Positions 25,317 to 37,217 of a stretch of DNA of 64,000 nucleotides are shown here, piece after piece. Numbering within the stretch: position 1 is the first letter of the stretch; each line of letters begins with the position of its first letter. Source of the DNA: Ramazzottius varieornatus. Its lineage: Eukaryota; Animalia; Tardigrada. Below the pieces are notes generated by a model, which did not search any database, was not told the origin of the DNA, and worked only from the letters and a program-made list of their open reading frames with translations. The translations under genes and the position numbers were made by a program. Location of the stretch: positions 4,647,092-4,711,091 of the forward strand of contig BDGG01000003.1 of NCBI GenBank assembly GCA_001949185.1, given 5' to 3'.

Positions 25317-26361
25317 TCAGCTGGATTCCCATTCCAAGGAGTTGGACGCTGTTGCGGGACAGGAGTGCTGGTCAACGTCGTTGAAGTGTCCAGCATCAAT
25401 CTTGTTCAGTCGAAGAACGATGTTAATCTTTTCGCTTGTTTCTTGGCTGTATCCTTCCCGGTCGCGACTGAGCAACCAGGAAGACACTGTGGCAAAACAA
25501 CGTTATATATACGAACAGAGTATCATATTTTACAGTAGGTCATTTCTGGCGGTTCTTACCAAGTCGGAAGTAGCCAGCAATGTTTCGACAGGAGTGGACC
25601 TACCAAAATCTATTTTTGTCAGTCCCCTCATGGTACAGGAGGAATCGTTCGGAACTTACCACACTGTAAGTCTGGTAATCAGTATCGACGACCCACACGG
25701 AAGCGTCTCCGATGGGGAAAACAACGTGCTGCTTGGCCGGCACGGTAGGATCAGGGATAGAAGCGACGCCTTCCAGGATGTTGGTCGCGCCAGTCAACCT
25801 TTAAGAAAGAAAATTTAGTGCACGCCGAGACCCGAGATGTGGACTGCAAACTTGGAAAAAAATGCTACGTTTACCTCACGATGCTGTGGCTGATAACTTT
25901 GATATCGCCGTTCTCCAGGGGACTATAGTTGATCGCGACGCACTTCTGACCGAGCTCGAAGGCGGCAAAGTAACGTTCTTGCTCGTACTACGTGCCCATG
26001 TACTGTCAGTGTCACAGGAAAAAATCATACAGTATCACAAGAAATAAACTGGGACGTCAGCAACTGAAATGAGCAAAATCGTAGTCTCAAGTGGCGCACC
26101 TATTCATTGTGCTTGGTTCAGAGTGTACGCCACTTCGGAGAATGATCATGTTCTAGTCGTTTTCCGACGTATTGGGCGAAAATGGAAACGAAACTCCGCA
26201 TAACAATTTTGAAATCGATTCCGTACCTGCTTCTGGTCAAAGTTGCTCATGGCAGTTACAGGTTGGCTTTCACACCGGCCAGTAAGAAGCACCTGACCAG
26301 TGGCTCCTTGGAAGATGCCGACCAAGGATAGTGCGCCGCATACGACCACAACCGAGTTCAT
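25317..26361 (-). pseudogene. Apolipoprotein D-like lipocalin with one in-frame TAG (null allele, recent pseudogene or recoded)
   Basis: Signal peptide plus GRC; exon 2 reads YMGT*YEQER (SCR1 GxW); WVVDTDYQTY (SCR2); WLLSR (SCR3); terminal DQHSC. Five exons in phase; the only lesion is TAG at 25990-25988. Confidence 0.8.
26065..26160. repeat. TGGCGCA palindromic element, 1 unit, lipocalin intron 1
   Basis: AAGTGGCGCAC..GTACGCCACTT. Confidence 0.85.
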
Positions 26362-26939
26362 TTTGGCTCTTGCATCAACGGACAACAAACCTGAAGAATT
26401 GCTATCCTGTCTACTACTCAAGGGAGCTTTCAACGAATTCACCCTAGAGAAGACTCTACTGTACGAGTACCCGTGTAGTCGGACATCTCTGAATGACTAA
26501 TCGAACTCGATTTTATGCGGATGTCGTACTACCGCGCCCGGGTCATGTGGCGTGGGCTGTTGATTTTGCATCCAAGATAGATGTATCGCTGGTTTCATAT
26601 TGGTATTTGACGGACTTTGGTTTTCTCCTAACCTCTAGAGTATTGAGCTATGCTTAACCTATCAGACATTTCTTTGAGGCCACCGATAGCGGTGCGTATC
26701 AATCGTGGGCGCTGAAATGACCGCATGTTCACCGAGTTGCGATTCGTTTCTTCCGGGTTTTCGTGATCGGGAAAACAATCCGGTCTTGCATTCGCAGCAT
26801 TCCACACGTCGTCTGATTTGGTATCTTGATTATCCTCAGCAAAGATAGAGAAGGAGCCGAACGTTGATAATTCCCGTGTTTAATCCATAACCACCTCAAC
26901 TGTCCAAAACAGAGACCTAGGCAGAGAAACCGATAAGGT

Positions 26940-27033
26940 AGCTTTCCCAAGTGGCGCACGCTATCAGCTAACGTCACTGGATACCTGCGCCACTTCGGGA
27001 ACCAATCTTGTCGAGTTTATTTGCCGAGTTTCC
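26940..27033. repeat. TGGCGCA palindromic element, 1 unit, 3' of QPCT
   Basis: Core plus right arm tcttgtcgagtttatttgccgag. Confidence 0.9.
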
Positions 27034-27193
27034 GAATATCGAAGGAAACTTTGTAGCGTTTTTGACCTGAGCCACAAAATGTTATATCTTTGACTGCGAC
27101 AAAAGAACCCATAAGGCTCACAGCTGCCAAATGTTATTGTATAAAAACTAAACAAAAATCTGTAAAAACCATCAAAGAAGGAATGATGTAACT

Positions 27194-28999
27194 CTAAAAC
27201 CGGCAAGAAAGATACTCACAAACAAATACTCTCAAAATTTTATTCAAATCATCAATCGTCTGGTAATGTAAATTATCCGCATTATCCGACAGCTGATGCC
27301 AAACCGAAGGAAAAGGCACTGAAATTAAATGCAAAATTTTAACCCCTCTCTCCATGAAAGGCTTATGGTCGTCATCGATGAAGGACCCAACCGGCATGGC
27401 GTCCCTTCCAAAGTACACCCCGTCTTTGCCCCACTGCTTGATCTGGCCTAAGCTCTGCAACCTGTCTTCATTGTCCGTGAGCCTACTATACAACGGTGCA
27501 GTCGCGGGAAACAGACTCTGGAACTTAGTATCGATCGTACCGATCAAATCTAACAAGACAAGGACATCCATGCTGTTTAGCTGTGACATGGTGGAAACCC
27601 CCGGTGCGAAACTATTGCGTGTCTGGGCGAGTCTCGAAGCGAGGTGTCTCGAACCGTAGATCGAGTCCACAGCTGACCAATCTCCAAAGGCTTCTTCGCC
27701 ATCGAAGAAGATTAACTGGAGTGTGATGTCTTGTTTTGTCGAACGAGAGTCGACGCGACCGCGGAGGACGCGAGCGAGGTCCAGCAGCATGGCGCACGGG
27801 ACTGCCGAGTCCGTGGCGCCGATGAAGAGGCCGCGGTTATCGAACTTGGAGTCGAAGTGACAGGCCAGGAGTAAACGACGGGGAGCTTTGGGGTCAAGAG
27901 TGGCGATAATGTTGGTGAAGGTTCGACGAGCGTGAGGAGCTGGAGGAGAGTCGTCAAACGAGTCGGTCTCAACTGTGTAACCGAATCCTCTCAGCGTGTT
28001 GATCAGAAACTGCAACAATAACACAAAATATCATCGTGTGAGTGTTTGACATCAAACACATTCCACTGGCATATGTGGGGCGCCGGTAAACGATTCATAC
28101 AAGATCTTCGTCTCACGTGGCGCACTGCTTCGTAACGAATGGCCGGAAGCGTGCGCTACTAATTTCAAGTGGCGCACTTGAGCATTGTTACTGGCTGGAA
28201 GCGCGCGGCGCTTATCGCTAGAGGCGCCCATGAGTTTTCTCATCAGCTGGAACAGTGCGCCACTTGAGACAACGATCTTGTGCTCTTCGTTTAGCAGTCT
28301 CCCATTACTGAATTATTTCAAATTATGACTTAGCAGGCGTACACGCAAGACGAGAAATTGTGGTACAGTAAAAATAATGGGACAGGCGGAAAGGACGGCG
28401 AAATGGAAATTCGACTGTAGGAAAGTGTCGAAAAATGTATTACTGTAAATCGGTCGCGTACGTACATGCTCCCGCACCGCCGTAGCGAAAAGGCCTGTAC
28501 CATAATTTTTACTGCACCATAATTCATCGTCATGCGTGTACTTTTTGAACTTTGGTGTTTCCGGGTGTGCCCGACACACGCGGAATCAAAATTGGTTGCA
28601 AGAGCCTGAGAAACTGTTCTTTATCGGAAAGACCACTCAGAGTTCGCAACTGGTCGTCGGGAAGTGGAGCGATCTGCAGACGACTTTGTGCGGACACCCA
28701 AGCCGGAACTTGACTTCCGAGAGCTCTTTTGTTGCTGGGCCCAACCTCGATGGTCGTCTCCAGCATCTCTGGGTATGGCTGTTCCTTTTGCGACGTGGCA
28801 TAGCTCAGCAACTGCAGAAGCAAGGAAAAAGTCCTATCATCATAAATCGACGTTAGGTTCATGGCTATCGGAATTCCGCAAGAGCACGCATGCAGCAAAG
28901 TAAATTAGGAGCACAGAATATTTTGAGTGTTCTGTCAGAGCCAACTTACAATGTGATCATGATGATGAAGAAGAGGCGTTTGATGGGTACGCGACACAT
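27194..28999 (-). CDS. QPCT: Glutaminyl-peptide cyclotransferase (M28 family), N-terminal signal/anchor
   Basis: LLQPILIPRVSGTPGN, LACHFDSK, GATDSAVPCA, FFDGEEAF, DSIYGSRHLA, LLDLIG, IDDDHKPF, PFPSVWH. Exons about 28999-28950, 28833-28542, 28009-27194. Confidence 0.93.
28075..28304. repeat. TGGCGCA palindromic element, 3 units, intronic
   Basis: Three tandem cores between the arms. Confidence 0.85.
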
Positions 29000-29474
29000 T
29001 CGTTCTGCGACAGGTATTATAATTCAGTATCCGATGTCTCTCTCGCAACAACGCCACCCGTATTGATTGCATTAAGTTGCCCAGCGGCTGTAACTGTAAA
29101 CGAATACATTTGAATGATTAACATTACAGCATGAAAACGATGTCAGGTCAGCAGAAACGTTTGGGCTACTCGTACTAGTGTGAAATTACGGCTACTCACC
29201 TGCTACTGTCGAACTTACAAGTTCACATCCTCAGCCAGCTCAGTATAGTCGTTAGAGCACCTCAGATGCAGAGGACTAACCAGAACCATCAGGGTTTGTG
29301 ACGAGGAAGCTTATCTCGAGTCTTGACTCTCGAGTCTCTCGACTCACGAGCTCTAGAGGTACTGTATTATGGGAAGTTTAATTTCACGTTTTCCATTCAT
29401 TTAGCCCGTCAATCAACAATCAACTGCGCTGTATCTGGTTCAGCCTCAAAGTTTACTAAGAATTTAGAATTTGC

Positions 29475-29555
29475 GGTAGCGTGGCCGAGTGGTTAAGGCG
29501 TTGGATTTAGGCTCCAATCCAGAAATGGGCGCGGGTTCGAATCCCGTCGCTGCCA
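29475..29555 (+). tRNA. tRNA-Leu, anticodon TAG
   Basis: GGTAGCGTGGCCGAGTGGTTAAGGCG TTGGA TTTAGGC TCCAA, long variable arm, GGTTCGAATCCC, CGCTGCCA. Cloverleaf with A and B boxes, followed by a T5 Pol III terminator. Confidence 0.97.
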
Positions 29556-30298
29556 GATTTTTGCCATCGAGACGTTCATGGTCGTCATGTATATCCCTGC
29601 TTTCCGTGTGAAATCTCGGTCAAGTCTAGGATTTTGAGTTTTCCGCACGTACGACGTAAACAGCGCCGTACCTACGCGAACCGGATTGTTCTCGGAAAAT
29701 CAATGGAGCGTTCGGGCTTGCCCAATGCCCGACAAAAATTACACAATGAAAGGACTGCCAATCAACAGCTGCAAATCAGCAACCACACCCACGTGCAGGA
29801 TCGCTAATGGAGGTCCACTAGACAGGGGCGATTTTCTTGCAGCGCTGGTTGCACCCAAGCGCCTGCTGACGAAATTTTCAACATGAGCTTGCGGTGCCTT
29901 GTTCTGATGAACGGTGCACGATGGCGGCGGGTACCGCATCGATTCTCAAATGATTACCTTTTTACCAAAATGATACATCGTGGCAGACCATAAAGGTATA
30001 TGACGCGCCGTCCTGGTCGCCTCTGATATTTAACCTTACACAACGACGTGTTTTCAGAATTTATCGGATTCGAGTGTTTGTGAAATTTCTGGATCGTCCG
30101 CGCTGTTTTCTGACCATAGCGGCTTATCCCTTCCCTTGAATCTCTGACCAGGCTGCTATTGAAAACTGAGGAAGAGCGTGAAGGAATCGAGCCTTTCCCT
30201 GCCAAGAGAGAACGCTGAGATCCAAACGCTGATCGCCACACCGCTGGACCGACCTGCTGGGCTCATCTTGTGATGCTGCTTAGAAGTCCCATACTACA

Positions 30299-33200
30299 AT
30301 GTCAGATAAAAGGAAGCTCCTCGGTAAGGTAGCTTAATTCACGGTTTTGATGAAGCCTTACGGCTGTGCCCAATGGTTTGTATGTCGTTGCCAGCTGAGG
30401 TTGATCGTACCCTCAAGAAAATCCAGGAGGGAATGGACGTTTTCGACGATATATGGTCCAAGGTGAGACTGAAGAATACTCGGTCGACAGGGAAGGGGTT
30501 TCTGATACAATGATATGAGAGTTTGCAGGTCCAAGAGGCACCTACCCAGAGCCACAAGGAGAAATACGAGCAAGATCTCAAGAAGGAGATCAAGAAGCTG
30601 CAGGTAAGGCTTGGCGTGGTGACTGATTGATGATTCACTGTGCTAATTTCGAAAATCGAACTCGGGCTTCGAAATAATCTTGTTTCTATTTCGCAGAGGT
30701 TGCGTGATCAAGTGAAAACATGGATAGCTAGCAGCAACGATATCAAGGACAAGGAGCCGTTGCTGAAAGCAAGAAGGGACATCGAAACAGTAAGCGTGGA
30801 TTTTACAGTCGTGAGGAATATTAGAAACTAATCATAGTGTGTGCTCTTTGGTAGAAAATGGAAAAGTTCAAAGATGTCGAAAGGGAAACCAAGACAAAAG
30901 TGTATTCGAAAGTGGGACTTGCACAGGCATCCAAGATGGATGTCAACCAGAAGAAGAAATACGAAGCGCGGACAGCGTTGACGGTTGGTTTCCTAAAATA
31001 TTTTTACGCTCGTGCTGAATTTATCTGCACATTGATGTCGGTCTACAGGACTTCATTGAGAAGATGAACATTGATCTGGAGCAGTTCGAAAGTGAAGTGG
31101 AAGACCTGGAAGCTGGTGCGCGGAAGAAGAAGCTCGAAAAAGACGTACGTTCGTTAAAAAAAATTGGTATAAACTCGACAAGATTGTTTTCCCAGTGGCG
31201 CACGTTTGCAGTGTTAGTCGTTCGAAGAGTGCGCCACTTGGGAAAACGGTTGTTGGATTCGTTCACTCAGGTCCCGTTTGTCGGTGGAACTGTACGCTCG
31301 GCTTGCAAAAAGAAATTTCATACTGATGTGGGTTTTAGAAACAAGAAAAGCTGGATTTTCTGAAAGCAATAACCGAGTCGCATAATTCGCACATCACTAA
31401 GCTGGAGATCATGTTACGGATGCTGGACAATGACAGCCTCGACTCGGATACCATCTTTGGTGTCACCGACGATTTCAAGTTTTACTTGGACAAGGCGGAC
31501 GAAGGCCAGCTCGAGGATATCCAGTACATTTACGAAGGCATTGACTTGGAGGAAACACGTAAGACCGGTTTGACTTTTCACCACTGACACTCTCGATGAC
31601 TTGCTGCTAATTTATCTGATCATCGAACTGTAGTTCTCGAATCGCCACCACAAAGTCCCGAACCGAGTGTAACATCGAAAGACTCGGATGAGATGCGGAG
31701 AAAGAAGACTGACGATCCACCTTTACTTGAACCATCACCCAACAAACCTCTCCCGAAGCTTTCGATGCCTTCGAGAAGCGAAGCCACGACACCGGCCAAG
31801 ATCCCTGAACTGAAAAGTCCAGCAACGACGGACTTACGAACGACACAACCACCGAAATTCAGGCAATTTCAAGCTTCTGATTTATTGCAGTAACATACTT
31901 AATCAGTGGGTTTCTCGTCAACAGTCAATCCTTACCCAATTCAGCACCTGTACAAGCGTCACCGTTAATAGCTTACGCAGCTGCAGCTGGTAATTATTGT
32001 CCTTTCAGAAAATTATGATCAAGTCATGCTGATCATGATTGATTCGTGAATGTTTGGGCTTTGGTACTAAAATATGGCTTTTATTTTTGCAGCGAAAGCA
32101 TTGCCCCAAGTAGCGGCTGTGAAACAGCCGGCTCGAATTCCCTCTCCTTCGATATCGGAAGAAATGGAGAATAAGAGGCCCGATGGAGACAAACCTCCTG
32201 CGGACTCTCTACCTGCACCAACAGCACCCGTACCGACGACAGGTGTGTCTTGTGGTTGTCTAAAAGTGAAATGGGGAATCGGCAGAGAGAGTTTTGCTTT
32301 TCTGACGAACCTGCATACACCTCTTTGCGTAGCTTACACAGTCAGCTCCATGCAGGTTCTTGACGTACAGGTCAGATGGGTACTTTACATACTTGAACAC
32401 AAATGCCCGTGTATTGCTTACTTGCCTGCGTGTGCAGGGTGGTGAATTGGTATCTCTTCCTTTATGTGGACTGAATAGTTTTCTTTAGACTATTCTCTTC
32501 ATGTCTTTATACCTTTAACTTGTTCAGTGCTGGAGTTTCTTTCAATGTACAGGTGCGACGATGGAAGATACTCAGAGAAGGACTTCCTCCGACTTTCAGA
32601 GGCCAGCAAAAGCCACGACTCCCGGCCTGCAGTTTCCCCTGTCAGCGTCACCAAGGCTGATGAACACGGGTTTCGGCAGTTACGCTTCGTCCATTGTCAG
32701 CAGTACACCAACGACACCTCAATCGACGCCTCAGTCAACACCCGTAAAAGATCCTTGGAAAGACGCAGGACGAAGTGCCCCGAAGTCCGTTCCCGCCATG
32801 CAGAATGGCCTTAATCGTCCATCGGATATTCCAACCCAAGCAGGCCAAGTCCCAGCGGCAGCCAGCTTACAACAACTGGCCTCGGCGGCTGTCCAGCAAC
32901 AGACAGTCAGGAGCGATGAACCTGCAAGGCACTCCCTCTTCGCATCCTTTCCTGACATGGTAAATATTTGCCTACAAGATTATTTTGTTTTGGGGCTCAG
33001 CAGAAAAATTCGACAAAATAGTTTTCCCGAGTGGCGCATAATTCTCTCTGATGACGCTAAGAAAGTGCGTCACCTGGGGAAACTATCAAGTTGCACAAGA
33101 ACGTTTTTCCAAGTGACGCACTCTTTCAGCCAAAACCATTCTTCAAGCGCGCCACTTGGTAGAGTAATCTGGTTTAGTTTGTTTCCCAAACTCCCATTAC

Positions 33201-34297
33201 ATTAGATGTCAATTTTTGACGTTTGCATGGATATACTCGGCCAGAGTTTGTTTACTGCTGTTTTTCCAGGCGAATAAAGATGAGAAATTGGCCACCTTCA
33301 GTGTGGGGCATTCGCGGAACGCCTCGGAAGACCTGGGAAAGGAACTGTCCGCCATGTCGCTCGCCTCCTCTAGTCCGGCTTTGTCGTTGAGGAGTTCGGG
33401 ACTGGTACCGGATGGCCCGACGTTACCAGTCGCGCCACTCATCACCAAGGCGGAGCTGGAAGCGAGGATAACGCCGGGAATGGCCATGGTACCGCTCGGG
33501 CCAGAGAAGCCCACCAGAGATATGCTGATACAGCATACGCTACTCGAAACGGCGTTCCTCAACCCACCGAAACCGTGCGACTCCGAAAGGAGGAAGTGAG
33601 TACTTCTTGGCATGCTTTATGCTTAACTGGCTCGGATCTCTATACTTCTCTCTTTATCCGTAGAGCGTTTATTCCGTGTGTACAGTGTCCCATACCACCT
33701 GGTTGGCCAAGGCAGCCTCCGATGCCGCTGGCTTGCGACCTGAAGTTCTACGCAAATCTCTCGAGCGACACTCTTTTCTTTATATTTTACTATCAAGAGG
33801 TAAGAGCTTTCTTGAAATAGCGTTTAGCCTGTATTTGAGGGTCGAATTGCAAAATACGTCGATCTTTCGTCTACCTGTATACTCGCGTATCATTGGTGGA
33901 GTAGGGGTTTGTGCATGCAGGTGCACGAGGTGGGACTTTTTTTTTCTTGCCGGCCCCTTTTCTGGACGGTGTGAAACCGTACTGTATTTGCAGGGAAGTC
34001 TCGCTCAAGTTCTTGCCGCAAGAACGTTGAAAAGCAAGAACTGGAGGTTTCATAAACAGATGAACGCATGGTTCCAGCGGCTGGAAGAGCCGAAAGTGAC
34101 GACGACGGAGTACGAAAGGGTGAGAACCATGGGTGCAGTTGATCTCTCTGTATGGGGTGGACGTAAAAAGTTTGGTGTGGTCTTAGGGGAACTACAAGTT
34201 TTGGGACTTGGAGTCGTGGTCGGAGAAGCAGAAGAGCGACTTTACGTTCGAATATCGCTTTTTGGAGAACGTCGATCTCAGTAGATGGGTCTACTAA
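30299..34297 (+). CDS. CNOT3: CCR4-NOT complex subunit 3 (Not3/Not5)
   Basis: [63 protein letters not shown]; NOT box DTLFFIFYYQEG..LKSKNWRFHK..WFQR..FTFEYRFLE. Confidence 0.95.
31168..31268. repeat. TGGCGCA palindromic element, 1 unit, intronic
   Basis: Core 31196 / 31230, 27-bp spacer. Confidence 0.9.
32991..33196. repeat. TGGCGCA palindromic element, 2 units, intronic
   Basis: tggggctcagc...aaactccca termini and two cores. Confidence 0.9.
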
Positions 34298-34821
34298 CAG
34301 TGGTCCTGACGGGATGGCTCTGACAGCTGCGTCTTGCTCCATTCACTCAGCACACACAGACAGACCCAGAGCTATCCCCGCTACTCAATGTTGTTTTTTA
34401 ATTTCTCAATAGTAGTTTTACCACTGTACCTAAGCCCTAATCCTCATATTCATGTGTACGCAGTATGCACCACCCTTTTCCGTATTGGAAACTTGTTCGC
34501 GCGCACACGCATATACTGATTCGGCGTTCGCCATGTAATTTTTTCCCCATAATAATCGTGCACGACGTTTGATGAGTTGAAGTTTCGTGATATAGTATCG
34601 TCGAGAGTACTATTACGGTTATCTTCTGTCGTTCAAATGTCCTCGGAGGGTAGAAATAGGAAACTGACACAGGAAGGATCTTTCTCGGTCTGTTTGCTTC
34701 CATGCAACGAGGTTAAGGCTTCACTGTACTGTCTTCTCTTTGGGAAAGTTAGCGTGGGATCCTTGCGGAGAACTTTTCTTTGTACTCTAGTCAAAACTCA
34801 AAGTGCTGATCCTTGCGTAAT

Positions 34822-35298
34822 AATGGTGGTGTCGAAGGTTGGGGTGGTTCTTGGAACGGTGTTGAAAGGTACCTTCATCACATCTAGGATATTATCGACT
34901 TCCTGTAGGCCACTTGCCACCCTCGCACAAAGACCAGACAGCGGTTTCACTTTCTCGTCGATCTCACCACCGTTGAATGACGCACTGTCTCGGAGGTTCA
35001 TTAGTAAGAAGTCGGATAAAGGAGCGATGAAGTCACCAGGTGCATCGGGAAGCTCCAAAGAGGGAATGAACTCGCCAGGAGCAACACCGTCGTCGAATGC
35101 TTCCGGGAAGAAAAGTGATGCGAAAGAATGGGAGAACGCAAAGTTGGATGAGTGGCAGGTATTTTCTGTTCGATAAGATAGCTCGCTGGCGGGTTAATTT
35201 TCCTCTTCAACGAGACAGCTAGACGAGGTATACAGACATCCTGCTTTCCAGGAATACAAGGACCTATTCACAAAGAGTCCATCAAAACCTAAAGAATG
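34822..35298 (+). CDS. Small orphan protein with putative mitochondrial presequence; 3' exon structure uncertain
   Basis: ATG 34822 starts a basic/hydroxylated leader without acidic residues (MVVSKVGVVLGTVLKGTFITSRILSTSCRPLATLAQR), then a Ser/Gly/Lys-rich segment. Donor CAG|GT at 35158/35159; further splice-like sites to about 35570. Confidence 0.45.
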
Positions 35299-36258
35299 AA
35301 ACGAACAACCAGGCACTCGACCGTGAGTTTGACGAGCTCTTTTTGTGAACAGGTCCGCGTGTTCCTGGAAGTGAATGACCCAGGCATGAACTGTTTACAG
35401 ATGGAAGCCGTAGAAGGGGACCGGAAGTGGCAGCAACAGAACCCAACGCGCGGACCCGGGTATACGGGAAAAGACGGCAACAAGAAAACCAGTACGTATG
35501 ATTAAAGTTGAGCAATCGTCTACCTGCGAAAGCTAACGAAAAACTTGTGTTGCAGATAAAAACTTGCAGACTGAGAATGAAGAATGACCGTTACTCACCG
35601 GAATGAAATGTATTTTTTTGTTGAGTTCGTCGCGCTGTAAATAAACGTTTGGTCCGAACCTGCAGTACAAAATACCTTAGGGAGATGGCGTGTCAACGAA
35701 ATACAAGTTGCCGGATACTTGTCAGAATAAGGAAGAGTCCCTGAATCACACGAAAAGTTGATAGGGTCCTTTGGGTATTCAGACGGTTCCCGGCCCACGA
35801 GGGGCGTGAGATACAGTCTTTCGCGCTTCTACCGTTATGAGCAGGTGAACGTTTTGACCTGGTTATGTTCCTTTTCACCTTGTCTTCAGTCTGACGGATG
35901 AGGAATGTGTGAGAGTTCGGAAGCGCTGGCAGGAAAGCCATCACCGCTGGTTCTGACTTGGGTTTGACTTCCGGTTCAGTTTCAAATTCGAGTGCCCGAG
36001 TACGTACGCACATAGGTACGCGTCGTACAGACGTACACTCGTACAGTGAGTCGTGCCTTCAATGGTTGATTCCTCTCTGCTGATTGTCCGCTTTGCATAC
36101 TGTACCAACTACCAAGTACCAACCGGAAGTGCGACAAAAGGGATGCTTGTAACTTGCAAGTTGAAAGTTGCACTTTTCTCCCTCCCGACTACTGGGTTTC
36201 GACATCTTGCATCTTCGTTGTCCTAACCTTGCGCCACAGCAAAACTTTGTCCATCACG

Positions 36259-37061
36259 ATGGCTGCCGCGTCCAAAGGTCTGATGGCTCGCCTGACGAGC
36301 AAAGAGATGAAGGATTACTTCATGAGGTACGCGTTAAGAATTCCGAATAACGATCATGCGACTCCCTTTTACTGTTGCGAGTGATGTCTTTCTTTGAACC
36401 GTCTTTCTTTAAACCGTCTTTCTGTTTTGCAGCACGGTGAGCTTCGAAGCACATGAATATGATGATCAGTCCAACGTTGCAGGTGTTTAGTGTCCGTCTT
36501 GTTTAGCACTTCTGGGGACCTGTTGCAAACTGGGGCTTGCCTCTAGCAGCTATTGCTGATCTGAAAAAGAATCCAGAATTCATCAGTGGAAAAATGACGA
36601 CAGGTATGCTACAAGTCTTCCCGAGCGTCTGTGGGTTGGGCTTGAACGGGAGGTCAGCAGGCGAAGTGTTGCACACCGTAACTTCAAACGGCGTACGCTT
36701 TCAGCCGATAGCAATGATGACGTGCGCGACTTGAGAAGACGATCCTGTACGTGTGAACTTCCGTAATAACATAGATCGTTGTTTTTCCAGCCATGGTGCT
36801 GTATTCGGCAATGTTCATGCGATTTGCATGGATGGTCAAGCCGAGGAACTTACTCTTGCTGTCCTGTCACGCCACCAATGAAACTTGCCAGCTCGTACAG
36901 CTCGGCCGACTTATCAATTACAGGTACGGGCACTTGTCCAGTCCACCCTCTCGAATGTACTGTGCAGTACTGTACCCTCAAAGCGCCTTCCTGTGTTCAG
37001 GATGTCCGCGCCAAAGCACACAGAAGCAGTCGCAATGGTAGCCCATCCCGAAAAACATTGA
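36259..37061 (+). CDS. MPC1: Mitochondrial pyruvate carrier 1
   Basis: [57 protein letters not shown]. The frame needs the 4-nt exon 36433-36436. Confidence 0.96.
36640..36762. repeat. TGGCGCA palindromic element, degenerate, MPC1 intron
   Basis: GGCGTACG..cagccgatagcaatg..GTGCGCGACTTGagaagacgatc. Confidence 0.75.
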
Positions 37062-37217
37062 TAAGTAGAGGCAATCTTACTTTTATCGCCTTTACACTAC
37101 AAATTTCTCTTCGCATAAAAACTGTTATATTCCATGGTTTCACGATGTAAGTGAAACATTTTAAGAAAGTTACTGTATAGCAGTTCCTTATAGAAAACCG
37201 AAGATGGAAATCACAAG

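Noticed and set aside
25138-25818. 226-aa plus-strand ORF
   Set aside because: Antisense to the lipocalin exons, with no recognisable motif.
25910-25930. Apparent frameshift in lipocalin exon 2
   Set aside because: The G run has four bases (AGT CCC CTG GAG on the minus strand), so the frame is intact.
29314-29358. CTCGAG/GACTC-rich mini-palindromes upstream of the tRNA
   Set aside because: Short, single-copy, low-complexity; no function can be supported.
29475-29555. tRNA containing TAG near the amber-interrupted lipocalin, as a possible suppressor
   Set aside because: Anticodon UAG reads CUA (Leu). An amber suppressor needs anticodon CUA.
15555-37061. Functional cluster of mitochondrial genes (NADK2, OPA1, MPC1)
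   Set aside because: Interspersed with unrelated genes; compatible with chance in a housekeeping block.
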